A stretch of DNA of 41,372 nucleotides from NCBI GenBank assembly GCA_030592285.1, contig JAUVJU010000002.1:1-41372 (forward strand). Direction: 5' to 3'. Every line of letters begins with the position of its first letter. The first letter of the stretch is position 1. This document shows, piece by piece, positions 1 to 9,567 of this stretch. The notes beneath the pieces are model-generated. The model had not been told where the DNA came from, ran no database searches, and saw only the letters and a program-made list of their open reading frames with translations. A program made the translations under genes and the position numbers. The stretch is from a candidate division WOR-3 bacterium (lineage in GTDB: Bacteria; Hydrothermota; 32-111).

Positions 1-2033
1 AAGGTGATTATAATATTAAACTAACAAGAAAAATGACATATGGAACCTTCAAAAAAGGTTTATTACATTATTATCAAATCTATAATAATTCAACAGAGAC
101 TTTTCAGAATATTTACCAAACATATAATGACGAATATATTCATAAAATTCCAGTATCATTGTTTGATTCAAAATTGTATTTTAGAGTAAAAGTTTTTGAT
201 AAAATTACAGCAGGAGGTTTATATTCAAATACAGTTATAATGTGGCCTCCAGTTGATGGTGATCCAATAGTACAATACACAGATAAAACAGATGCAACAG
301 GATATGCCAATGGAAGAAAAATAGTTGTTGATAGCCTTGAAAACATTCATGTAATTTATACAAAGAGTGATAGCGTATTTTATACAGTTTCATCAGATGA
401 TGGAGAGCAGTGGAACTGTAATGAGTTTATAGGACAAGGATATGCTCCAGCAATTAATTTATTAAATGATGGAACTCCTGTTATATGTTGGGTAAACAAT
501 AACAATATATATAGTAAAAAGAAAATAGCAGATAATTGGGATACAGAATCAACAATATATAGTTCAACAACTGCAAACATTGAATTTCTTTGTTTTGAAA
601 CTGATGTATTTGATAATTCCTATTTAGGATGGGTAGAAGATGGACCCAAAGGAAGTAAAGTAAATATCTCTGATTATGATAGTAAAGAAACAGGAGCAGT
701 ATTAGCTCCTATACCAATAGATGAGGGTGGACAACATGCATTTAAATGTCCATCAATATCAATAAAGGCAAATTCTGATATTGTAATTAGTTGGAGTAAA
801 AATGGAGAAATATATTATTATGATAATGAAACAGGAAAGGAAAAAATAAATTCAATTGAAGGAATAGGAGAACATCCGATAATCAGTTCATATGGTGATA
901 AAACATCAGTAATATGGAGAGAACAATTATATGATGGAACATATAGAATAGTAAAAAGAACAAAAATAGATATTGGCTGGAAAGATATTGAAGTAATAAG
1001 AGAAAATGAAACAAAGGAATTAAACTATCCATATGTGGTAAATGGCTGTCAATATTTATTCAGTAAAGAGAATGAGTTCGGAGATAAGGATATAATACAT
1101 ATTGGTGAATTTAAAGGTGGATGGATAATGGAGTATCAGAATATATCACTGAAATCAGGAGGAGATTCATATCATCCAAGTGCATACTATAGACAGAATT
1201 GGCCTAAAGGTAAACTATATATGTTATGGACTGAGGATATGAGTATTAATCAGGAAAACACCAGAGCATTACCAACATTAATACCAGTAAAATTATATAT
1301 GAAAGATGATATGGATCCAATTGAATACATATATGCAGATTGTGGAACAGAAATGGGAGATGTTTACAATATACAGAAATTTGATACTATATATTATAAT
1401 AATCTACCTGAATATACTGTTGACTATGATAATTATCAACTCAGTTATAGATTTACATCATTGAATCCGGGAAGAAGATATAAGATTAAATTTGTGTTTT
1501 ATCAGAAAAGTGGAGAAACAGTAAGTCAGAGGATTGGAATAGATACAAGGGTTAATAAAGTGAAAAAGATATATAATGATAAGATTACCGAATTAGAAGA
1601 ATGGATACCTAATAGCTGTATCAGAGATGGAGAAATAAGAGTGGATATCAGCAAAATGTCAGGTCCTTATGCAGTATGTTCGGAGATAATACTATATGAA
1701 TTTGAGAAAAATAATGATGAAGAGAAAAATGAACTAAAGAAAAGCATTACAACTCAAAACATATTATCAGAAAAAATAACAATAAGTGAAAATAATTCAG
1801 ATATCAAAATCAGTTTTACTATGAATGATGCGAATAATGTAAAGGTTTCTGTTTTTAATGTATTAGGCCAAGAAATCAAAACATTGATAAATGAACAATT
1901 GAATGAAGGGAATCATACTATTGAATGGAATAAAGAGGATAAGTTTAATAGTAGGATATCCAATGGAATCTATTTTATAATTATTGATACAGAAAAACAA
2001 AGAAAAACAATAAAAACTAATGTAATTAGATAG
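1..2033 (+). CDS. Secreted Asp-box/BNR-like protein with T9SS C-terminal sorting domain (probably 5' partial)
   Basis: The reading frame of the listed ORF (33..2033) stays open back to base 3. The listed Met has no signal peptide, so the gene likely starts upstream of the window. It has an Asp-box-like SSDDGEQW. The C-terminal ~80 aa (KISFTMNDANNVKVSVFNVLGQEIKTL...NGIYFIIIDTEKQRKTIKTNVIR) matches the Por/T9SS CTD pattern seen in three other proteins here. Confidence 0.6.
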   Translation, partial: GDYNIKLTRKMTYGTFKKGLLHYYQIYNNSTETFQNIYQTYNDEYIHKIPVSLFDSKLYFRVKVFDKITAGGLYSNTVIMWPPVDGDPIVQYTDKTDATGYANGRKIVVDSLENIHVIYTKSDSVFYTVSSDDGEQWNCNEFIGQGYAPAINLLNDGTPVICWVNNNNIYSKKKIADNWDTESTIYSSTTANIEFLCFETDVFDNSYLGWVEDGPKGSKVNISDYDSKETGAVLAPIPIDEGGQHAFKCPSISIKANSDIVISWSKNGEIYYYDNETGKEKINSIEGIGEHPIISSYGDKTSVIWREQLYDGTYRIVKRTKIDIGWKDIEVIRENETKELNYPYVVNGCQYLFSKENEFGDKDIIHIGEFKGGWIMEYQNISLKSGGDSYHPSAYYRQNWPKGKLYMLWTEDMSINQENTRALPTLIPVKLYMKDDMDPIEYIYADCGTEMGDVYNIQKFDTIYYNNLPEYTVDYDNYQLSYRFTSLNPGRRYKIKFVFYQKSGETVSQRIGIDTRVNKVKKIYNDKITELEEWIPNSCIRDGEIRVDISKMSGPYAVCSEIILYEFEKNNDEEKNELKKSITTQNILSEKITISENNSDIKISFTMNDANNVKVSVFNVLGQEIKTLINEQLNEGNHTIEWNKEDKFNSRISNGIYFIIIDTEKQRKTIKTNVIR

Positions 2034-2062
2034 AAAAAGCAGACTATATTTGAAGGAATAAA

Positions 2063-2758
2063 ATGAGTAAAACAGTTAAAGCATTATATTTAATCTTCTT
2101 TTTGATTATCATTAATTGTACAATAATGTCTGTAATCAGGGATTCAAATAATATCGGAGATTGGGTAGATATTCCTGAAGTGGGGGATGTATTTGTATAT
2201 GAAGGAATTGAGAGCAATAGAATCAATAATTCTAATATGGGATTCCCTGATGATTATGATGTATATACGATTTTAACAAAAAAGATAATTGAGAAAAATA
2301 TCAATAATAAGGGTTCCGAAATTATGAAAGTAAACGAAACAAAAAGAATTATTATTGATTCATTATCAATAGATACTATTATTACTGATTCAATTTATTA
2401 TATGATAATAAATTATGATAGTAATCAGATATTAACAAGCGAAAATGAAATAGATTATGTGGATTCATGGTATGATAGAATAATGATTGATTGTCCTATT
2501 GAATTAGAACATGAATGGTCTCCATATGGGTGTTTATTTTATGGAACAGAATGTGAAATAGAAGATATTGATTATGGAGTTACTGGAAGCAAAATATCAA
2601 TAATGGTTCGTTGGTTAGGTGAAAAAATGACATATTATGAATTTGATTCTTCATTAGGAATGATAGTAAAGGATTCCGATTGCGGAAGACCTATATATTA
2701 TTATGATAATTTAATTTATAATAGACATTACAAATTTATAAATCATTATAAGGAATAA
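2063..2758 (+). CDS. Lipoprotein, paralog family member 1 (unknown function)
   Basis: It has a signal peptide with Cys (LIIINC) followed by the motif RDSNNIGDWVDIPEVGDVFVYEG, which is shared with 2760..3386 and 20545..21153. Confidence 0.6.
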   Translation: MSKTVKALYLIFFLIIINCTIMSVIRDSNNIGDWVDIPEVGDVFVYEGIESNRINNSNMGFPDDYDVYTILTKKIIEKNINNKGSEIMKVNETKRIIIDSLSIDTIITDSIYYMIINYDSNQILTSENEIDYVDSWYDRIMIDCPIELEHEWSPYGCLFYGTECEIEDIDYGVTGSKISIMVRWLGEKMTYYEFDSSLGMIVKDSDCGRPIYYYDNLIYNRHYKFINHYKE

Positions 2759-2759
2759 T

Positions 2760-3386
2760 ATGAAAAAAGGCATTTTCATTATAATAATTCTGAGTGTACT
2801 ATTCTCCTGCTCATTAATTAACAATAATCAGGAAAGAGATCCCAATAATATATGGGATTGGGCAGAGATTCCCGCAATTGGAACAAAATTAACTTATGAA
2901 TGTACAGAGCAAAAAAATGGTAGTTATTCTGAATATTCATGGATCAAAGAACTTGTTGATACAACAAATCAAGATGGAGTAATACTGAAATGGGATTTAA
3001 TCCTTTATACTGAAGATAATACTGATACTTTTATAACAATAAATTCAATTTATAATTATAATGAAAATATTAATTACGATTCTGTATATCATGATGATTG
3101 GATAACCAATGATTTTCCCGAAGATTTTATTTTAAAAACACCGGTAGAAGAGGAAACAGATATTTGGAGTTATAATTATAAATTTGAGATTAGAGAAGTA
3201 AATGTTGATAAACAAATAAAAGCAGGTTACTTTACTGATTTAGTAAAGCTTGATATACTTATATATCAGGTAGATGTGGGAGATGCTTTTTATTGTCCTC
3301 AACTTGTACAAATAATATATTTCGATATGGATTGTACAAAGTTTTTTGATTGGAAAGAAAAATATGAGCTTGTGAAATGGGAATAG
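2760..3386 (+). CDS. Lipoprotein, paralog family member 2 (unknown function)
   Basis: It has a lipobox (VLFSC) and the motifs RDPNNIWDWAEIPAIGTKLTYEC and ILKTPVEE..W...FEI......AGYFTD, both shared with 20545..21153. It lies 1 nt after the previous paralog. Confidence 0.6.
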   Translation: MKKGIFIIIILSVLFSCSLINNNQERDPNNIWDWAEIPAIGTKLTYECTEQKNGSYSEYSWIKELVDTTNQDGVILKWDLILYTEDNTDTFITINSIYNYNENINYDSVYHDDWITNDFPEDFILKTPVEEETDIWSYNYKFEIREVNVDKQIKAGYFTDLVKLDILIYQVDVGDAFYCPQLVQIIYFDMDCTKFFDWKEKYELVKWE

Positions 3387-3394
3387 AAAAAAGA

Positions 3395-3431
3395 AGGGAC
3401 GGTTGTTTATAAAATGTGAACGACCGTCCCT
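3395..3431 (+). terminator. Long hairpin after the lipoprotein pair, AGGGACGGTTGT...ACGACCGTCCCT
   Basis: The stem agggacggt (3395-3403) pairs with accgtccct (3423-3431) and extends inward through wobble pairs. Only a weak T-tract follows. The stem sequence is the same as the arms of the 16837..17050 element. Confidence 0.5.
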
Positions 3432-3508
3432 ATTTACATATTAACTTTATCTGATAAAATAAAGCACAATGAAATATAATGCTATTATAATATTATTAAG
3501 GGTTATTA

Positions 3509-4636
3509 ATGGATAGTATATTAACCTATGCAGTGATTCTATTAATTGCAAGGATTGTTTCAGAATTTTTTGTAAGGATGAAACTTCCTGCTGTAATTGG
3601 TATTATTCTAGCAGGTATTATTTGCGGTCCTGTTTTACATATTATTCATTTAAGTAATACATTAGAGTTTTTGGCAGAGATCGGAATTCTATTCTTACTG
3701 TTTATTGCAGGTCTTGAAACAAATATCAGTCAAATGAAAAAGCAGGGTAAGAGTTCTATTGTTGCTGCAATACTTGGTGTTTTTGTTCCTCTCTTTCTAG
3801 CTTTAACCTTAATGTTCTTGAAATATGATTTTAAAACATGTTATATGATGGGATTAACCCTTACTGCCACATCTGTTTCCATTACTATTATGACTCTTGT
3901 TGAACTCAAAGCACTTAATACAAGGAGTGGTGTTACAATACTTGGCTCTGCTGTTATGGATGATGTTATTGCAATAATTTTTATGACCATATCAATGATC
4001 TTTATGACCCATGAAGGCAGTTTATTAATAACATTTCTTAAATTGGGCGGGTTTTTTCTATTTGTTGCATTTTATTATCTATTCTTATCAACCTTTTCAA
4101 TGCGAATTGCAAGGCGTTTAAGAACTCCACAATCAATTTTGGGCATTGCAATTATTTTAATGCTTATTATGGGTTTTTTATCAAACAAATTAGGAGTTGC
4201 TGCTATTACTGGAGCTTATATTGCAGGAGTTTCAATTGCAAAAACACCATATAGGCGAAGAATAATTGAAAAGGTGTCCACTATATCAGATACTCTTTTT
4301 GTTTCGGTATTTTTCTTTGTAATTGGGTTAAAAACCACTATTCATTTTGGAGAAATAAATTATTTATTTACATCTTTATTTGTGTTTATTGCAATTGCAG
4401 GAAAACTTCTTGGTTCAGGGCTTGGAGTATTTTTCACCGGCTTAACAATCAAAGAATCATTTAAGGTGGGTTTTGGTATGATACCAAGAGGAGAGGTTGC
4501 CCTTGTAATTGCATCTTTGGGTCTAACTAATCATCTTATAAATCAGCAAATGTTTAATTCAGTTGTAATAATGATTTTAATCACTTCTTTGATTGCACCC
4601 ATTGCATTAAGTATATTATATAAGAAAAAAATATAA
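3509..4636 (+). CDS. Cation:proton antiporter, CPA2 (NapA/Kef-like) family
   Basis: It is a polytopic membrane protein of 375 aa. LFLLFIAGLE and MIPRGEVALVIA are typical of Na+/H+ or K+/H+ exchanger family proteins. Confidence 0.75.
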   Translation: MDSILTYAVILLIARIVSEFFVRMKLPAVIGIILAGIICGPVLHIIHLSNTLEFLAEIGILFLLFIAGLETNISQMKKQGKSSIVAAILGVFVPLFLALTLMFLKYDFKTCYMMGLTLTATSVSITIMTLVELKALNTRSGVTILGSAVMDDVIAIIFMTISMIFMTHEGSLLITFLKLGGFFLFVAFYYLFLSTFSMRIARRLRTPQSILGIAIILMLIMGFLSNKLGVAAITGAYIAGVSIAKTPYRRRIIEKVSTISDTLFVSVFFFVIGLKTTIHFGEINYLFTSLFVFIAIAGKLLGSGLGVFFTGLTIKESFKVGFGMIPRGEVALVIASLGLTNHLINQQMFNSVVIMILITSLIAPIALSILYKKKI

Positions 4637-4647
4637 ATGGAGGATAA

Positions 4648-4995
4648 ATGTATCTTGTTATAATCATTCTAAACAAGGAAGAACACCTTGATGATATTCT
4701 CCAGTCCTTTCTTGAAGTGGGAATAACTGATGCCACTGTTGTTGACAGTCAATCAATGGGCAATGTACTGGCATTTGAAGTTCCTATTTTCGCAGGGCTG
4801 AAATATCAACTGGGTGGTTCAAGACCTTATTCTAAAATGATATTCGCAATATCCGAAGACACGGAATCCGTGGATTATCTTGTTAAGATATTGGAGGATA
4901 CAGGAATTGAGGTCAAAAAGCCAGGTGTTTTGAGAATTTTAACTGTAAAAGTGGGGTCAATGTATGGCAAAGCAGAAGAACTGGATTTTGAATAG
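4648..4995 (+). CDS. P-II-like small regulatory protein (putative)
   Basis: It is 115 aa. The N-terminal beta-alpha-beta pattern (MYLVIIILNKEEHLDDILQSFLEVGITDATVVDSQSMG) resembles GlnB-type P-II folds. A GGAGGA RBS precedes it, 11 nt after the antiporter stop. Confidence 0.4.
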   Translation: MYLVIIILNKEEHLDDILQSFLEVGITDATVVDSQSMGNVLAFEVPIFAGLKYQLGGSRPYSKMIFAISEDTESVDYLVKILEDTGIEVKKPGVLRILTVKVGSMYGKAEELDFE

Positions 4996-6250
4996 TTTAT
5001 TAATCACAATACTGTTTCCAATATTTGTTTATTCATTTATGGCTACTGAGTATATGGATACAGAATTCATTGTGGATGAATGTTCCAATGCATTTGATGA
5101 ACAGCATGTTTATGACTTTTTTAAAGCCGATAATTATATGCTTATATCAGGGGGATGCTATAATATAGAATATTTAGCAGTCAATGATATTATAAAACTA
5201 CATGTTCCTTTAACAAGGAATGTATATTTTGATTTAATAAGAATTGATTTTAATAGCATAGAAACAAGTTATTCACTTTATGGTTATGGATTGAACTGGG
5301 AATTCAATAATTATTTTAATGCAGGGTTTTTAGCAAATCCAACGCATAATAAAAGAGAAAGTGATTTTATGATGAATTTTGGATTTAATGGATTTAATAC
5401 GAAAAATGATCTATATGTTATTCTTGAAAATTTTGATAATAATTATGCACATAAAAACGAGAATGGAAGATATCCATTTCCCCGTAATTACACAGCTCCA
5501 TATATTCCATTTAATACTACTTCATATTTTCCAATTAATTATCTTTTTATTTCAAGTGGTTATTTTAAGAACAATGAATTTTATATGGTATTGAAGAATG
5601 GAACGGGCTTTTCTGCGGATTATTATGAATGGAGTGAAACTGAAAGAAGGGATATATACACTCATAGTGCCGATTCATCTGCCTTATTTTTTAGAGCAGG
5701 TTTAAAAAATACAAGTAATATAAAATCCGTACAATTATTAAACAGGATAATGTTTACAGGTCTTATTATGGATAATACTTTTAATGATTCAATAAATTCA
5801 GATGCTGAGTATGATAGACGCATGACTATTGGTTATGGTATTGAATTAAAAAAAGGTATTTGGAGTTTTCCTTTTTACGGAGAGTATGGATTCAGGGATA
5901 TTGATAATGATACTAATGATATACATAGATTGGATTATTTATTGGGATATGGTGGTTTTGCTGTTAAATTAGGCAATTGGTATATTCAATTAGTTGAAAT
6001 TGTTAATTCATACAATACGGAAATCACTCAGGTAGATAGTTTTTCAATGATCCAAACAAGATTGCAATTAACAGTTGAATACCACTTTAATAAGAATGCT
6101 GTTTTTTCAGTAATAAAGGGATTTGAGACAGATGCTGTGGATTTAAGGCATGGCGGCAAGTATTTTACTTATGATAAAATGTATATGCAACTTTCAATAA
6201 ATTTTGATAATTTTTTTAAAGGAAAGAAAATATGGACAGATTTATTATAG
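4964..6250 (+). CDS. Hypothetical secreted or outer-membrane protein
   Basis: It has an N-terminal hydrophobic segment and is an aromatic/Asn/Gly-rich 428-aa protein. It overlaps both neighbours, consistent with translational coupling. I recognise no specific family. Confidence 0.45.
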   Translation: MAKQKNWILNSLLITILFPIFVYSFMATEYMDTEFIVDECSNAFDEQHVYDFFKADNYMLISGGCYNIEYLAVNDIIKLHVPLTRNVYFDLIRIDFNSIETSYSLYGYGLNWEFNNYFNAGFLANPTHNKRESDFMMNFGFNGFNTKNDLYVILENFDNNYAHKNENGRYPFPRNYTAPYIPFNTTSYFPINYLFISSGYFKNNEFYMVLKNGTGFSADYYEWSETERRDIYTHSADSSALFFRAGLKNTSNIKSVQLLNRIMFTGLIMDNTFNDSINSDAEYDRRMTIGYGIELKKGIWSFPFYGEYGFRDIDNDTNDIHRLDYLLGYGGFAVKLGNWYIQLVEIVNSYNTEITQVDSFSMIQTRLQLTVEYHFNKNAVFSVIKGFETDAVDLRHGGKYFTYDKMYMQLSINFDNFFKGKKIWTDLL

Positions 6251-7494
6251 AAGGTGGAAAAACACTTAAAGGGAAATTAAAGGCAGGTGGTTCAAAAAAT
6301 GCATCACTACCCATTATGGCTGCTTCTTTAATGGCTGAAGGAGAAACAATCCTTCATAATTGTCCTGATGTTGTTGATGTAAGATATATGATGAAGGTAC
6401 TTTCATATCTTGGAGCGGATGTATCAATGAAAGGAAACACTTTGAGGATCAAAGTTCCTGGAAAAATAAAAAATACAGCACCATATGACCTTGTAAGAAA
6501 AATGCGTGCCTCATATTATGTACTTGGAGCATTAATAGGTAAACAGAAAAGTGCTGTTCTTTCTTTGCCGGGGGGGTGTGCTATAGGAGAAAGACCTATT
6601 GATCTACATATAAAGGGATTTAAGTCACTGGGGTGTAATGTGGTATTGAAGCATGGTTATGTATATGTTAAATGCAAGAAATTGAAGGCTAATGAGATTT
6701 ATCTTGAAGGTAAATTTGGTACATCAATGGGAGCAACAATAAATGTGCTTATGGCTGCTGTTTTTGCAAAAGGAAAAACAATTATTAAGGGAGCGGCTCT
6801 TGAACCCGAGATAGCTGATGTTGCAAGCTTTCTTAATAGAATGGGGGCTGATATAAAAGGATTAGATACACCTATACTTGAAATAAATGGAATAGATAAA
6901 TTAGAACCAACAGAATATACAATTCTTTCGGATAGAATTGAATCAGGCACTCTTTTAGCTGCTGCATCAATAACAGGTGGAGAATTAACCCTATCAAATA
7001 CAAATCCTGAACAATACTCAGAGGTCTTGAATAAATTCACAGAAATAGGGGATAGTGTTCAAATTGATGGAAACACAATATATCTTAAAGGAAGTAAACA
7101 GAAAAAGAGTGTAGAAATAGATATAATGCCTTATCCATATTTTCCAACCGATATGCAGGCACAATTTATGAGCATACTGATTAAGGCAAATGGAATTTCA
7201 ACTATTACTGAAAATGTATTTACAAAGAGATTTATGCATATTCCTGAATTGAAAAGAATGGGAGCAGATATTGAACTTAGAGATAATACAGCAATAATTA
7301 AAGGTGTTAAAAAATTATCAGGAGCACCTGTAATGGCATCTGATCTACGTGCTTCTGCTGCACTTGTATTAGCTGGACTTGTAGCAGATGGTGAAACGGA
7401 AGTTAAAAGGATCTATCATATTGATCGTGGATATGAACATATAGAAAAAAAGTTGAGAAAAATTGGTGCTCATATTAGGAGATATAAAAAGTGA
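6232..7494 (+). CDS. murA: UDP-N-acetylglucosamine 1-carboxyvinyltransferase
   Basis: It resembles MurA over its full length: MDRFIIEGGKTLKGKLKAGGSKNASLPIMAA, and the catalytic-Cys loop LPGGCAIGERPIDLHIKG. Confidence 0.95.
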   Translation: MDRFIIEGGKTLKGKLKAGGSKNASLPIMAASLMAEGETILHNCPDVVDVRYMMKVLSYLGADVSMKGNTLRIKVPGKIKNTAPYDLVRKMRASYYVLGALIGKQKSAVLSLPGGCAIGERPIDLHIKGFKSLGCNVVLKHGYVYVKCKKLKANEIYLEGKFGTSMGATINVLMAAVFAKGKTIIKGAALEPEIADVASFLNRMGADIKGLDTPILEINGIDKLEPTEYTILSDRIESGTLLAAASITGGELTLSNTNPEQYSEVLNKFTEIGDSVQIDGNTIYLKGSKQKKSVEIDIMPYPYFPTDMQAQFMSILIKANGISTITENVFTKRFMHIPELKRMGADIELRDNTAIIKGVKKLSGAPVMASDLRASAALVLAGLVADGETEVKRIYHIDRGYEHIEKKLRKIGAHIRRYKK

Positions 7495-8540
7495 ATTCAG
7501 AAAAATCAGTGCTTGTATCCGGAATTCCCATAGGAGGTAAACATCCTATTGTCATTCAATCAATGGTGAATACGATTTTGTCGGACAAAGAGAAAACACT
7601 AAAACAGATTGAATTACTTAAAGATGAAGGATGTCAGCTTATAAGGATTGCTTATTCAGATAGAAAATTTTACAATGATTTTAAATATATTATTGATAAT
7701 GCTACTATGCCTGTTATTGCCGATATACACTTTGATTATAAACTTGCAATTGAAGCAATTGAAGCAGGTGCTTCAAAGATCCGTATAAATCCAGGAAATA
7801 TTAAAAAACGCAATTTAGTTTCTATTATTAAAGCAGCGAAAACAAATAAGGTGCCAATAAGAATTGGAGTGAACTCGGGTTCACTGGAAAGTGAATTACT
7901 AATGAAGTATGGTCATCCTGTTCCGGAAGCATTAGTGGAATCAGCGGTTAATGCAGTTCGTTTTTTTGAAAATAATGACTTTGATAATATTATTATATCA
8001 ATAAAATCATCTGATGTTACCTTTATGTATAAAGCAAATATTATTTTAAAAGAACAAATCCCTTATCCAATACATTTGGGAGTTACGGAGGCAGGAGGTA
8101 TTATTAGAGGTACAGTGAAAAATTCTGCAGGAATTGCCTCTCTGCTGCTTAATGGAGTTGGGGATACTATAAGGATATCTCTCTCTGCATCACCCATTGA
8201 AGAGATAAAGATTGCAAAAATGCTTCTTAAATCATTACATTTATATGAGAATGCACCTGATATTATTGCTTGTCCTACATGTTCAAGAACAACATTTGAT
8301 GTTATATCTATGCAAAGTGAAATAGAAAAGATATTTTCAAGATCAGATAAAAATATTACAATTGCAATTATGGGTTGTGTTGTTAATGGTCCGGGAGAAG
8401 CAAAGGAAGCGGATTTTGGTATAACAGGAACTACTTCACAATGTATTCTGTTTAAAAAAGGCGAGATCATTTTCACAGGGAATAAAGATGCTGTATTAGA
8501 AAAATTATATAAAGAGGTGGAGAAAAATGAGAAAAATTGA
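7491..8540 (+). CDS. ispG: 4-hydroxy-3-methylbut-2-en-1-yl diphosphate synthase
   Basis: The GTG start overlaps the murA TGA (GTGA). Motifs are IGGKHPIVIQSMVNT, the Fe-S Cys ligands CPTCSRT and GCVVNGPGEA. Confidence 0.93.
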   Translation: MNSEKSVLVSGIPIGGKHPIVIQSMVNTILSDKEKTLKQIELLKDEGCQLIRIAYSDRKFYNDFKYIIDNATMPVIADIHFDYKLAIEAIEAGASKIRINPGNIKKRNLVSIIKAAKTNKVPIRIGVNSGSLESELLMKYGHPVPEALVESAVNAVRFFENNDFDNIIISIKSSDVTFMYKANIILKEQIPYPIHLGVTEAGGIIRGTVKNSAGIASLLLNGVGDTIRISLSASPIEEIKIAKMLLKSLHLYENAPDIIACPTCSRTTFDVISMQSEIEKIFSRSDKNITIAIMGCVVNGPGEAKEADFGITGTTSQCILFKKGEIIFTGNKDAVLEKLYKEVEKNEKN

Positions 8541-9567
8541 TACATTGAAGCGGATTCTGAAAAACGATGAAATGATACTTATTGATTCTTCATTTGATGT
8601 TCTATCATTACTGGATATTGATAGATCATATAATGCAAATGAATATGATATGAATCTTCTTGTTGGAAAGAAAAATGTCTATATTATTTGCGAAGTATTA
8701 TTTTATCCATTTATTAAGGACATTAAAAATATAAAGGTAATAAAATGTAATTCAAATAAATATTTATATAATAACAAAACATTTATTCATGATGTAAATA
8801 TTATTTTGCAAAAAGAAAAAATTAAAAGATTGGGATTAGTAAATATCTCTCTTTCTCATTACTATGATAATATAATAACATTTGGTTTCATTTCTCCTCT
8901 CAAAACATTAGGAATTGTGAAAAGGGAAAATGAAATAAAGAAAATAAAAAATTGTGCAGGTATTATGAAGAATATTATTAAAGAAATTCCGGAATACTTA
9001 AAAATTGGGATCACAGATATTGAACTTAGAAATATAGTTGATAAAATGATATATAAAATGGGAGCAGAGAGAAGATTTGTTCCAACTCTTGTTGGATTTA
9101 ATTCAAAGACAATTTATCCTACATTAATTGGTGTAAAATTGAAAAAGGATGATATTATTTTAATAGATTTTGGAGTAATGAATAAAGGAATGGGTATAAG
9201 TATTTCACATTCACAAATATTGAATGGATCAACTTCAAAAACAAGATTAAAACATCTAAAAATTGTTTTAGATGCACTTGAAGTTATGAGATCTATTATA
9301 AAAGAAGGAGTTAATATTTGTGATATTGATATAGAAATGAGGGACTTTTTCACTCAGCATAAACTTGAAAAGTATTTTATTGATTATGCAGTTAAATTAC
9401 CGGGAACCTCTTTTTTTGAGGAAGTGAATTCAATAAAGGAAAAAACAATATTATTTAAGAATTCAATTATAAAATTGAGTTCTTCACTTTTTATCCCTGG
9501 TAAATATGGTTTAAGATGTGAAAATATTGTGCATGTAAAAAAAAGGGGCTGCGATGTTATCTTATAA
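8527..9567 (+). CDS. M24 (Xaa-Pro aminopeptidase/creatinase fold) family protein, metal ligands apparently degenerate
   Basis: The C-terminal half has a pita-bread-like layout (IILIDFGV...GISISHS ... PGKYGLRCENIVHV). By eye, only about 2 of the 5 canonical metal ligands are retained. Confidence 0.5.
   Translation: MRKIDTLKRILKNDEMILIDSSFDVLSLLDIDRSYNANEYDMNLLVGKKNVYIICEVLFYPFIKDIKNIKVIKCNSNKYLYNNKTFIHDVNIILQKEKIKRLGLVNISLSHYYDNIITFGFISPLKTLGIVKRENEIKKIKNCAGIMKNIIKEIPEYLKIGITDIELRNIVDKMIYKMGAERRFVPTLVGFNSKTIYPTLIGVKLKKDDIILIDFGVMNKGMGISISHSQILNGSTSKTRLKHLKIVLDALEVMRSIIKEGVNICDIDIEMRDFFTQHKLEKYFIDYAVKLPGTSFFEEVNSIKEKTILFKNSIIKLSSSLFIPGKYGLRCENIVHVKKRGCDVIL

Noticed and set aside
5379-5594. Listed 71-aa + strand ORF
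   Set aside because: It is an alternative frame inside the 4964..6250 gene, and its Ile/Leu/Phe-rich translation is typical of AT-rich off-frame reading.
8063-8545. Listed 160-aa - strand ORF antisense to ispG, and similar antisense ORFs inside murA, fadD-like, the TonB-dependent receptor and other genes
   Set aside because: They lie wholly inside strongly supported + strand genes and have no RBS or recognisable motifs.
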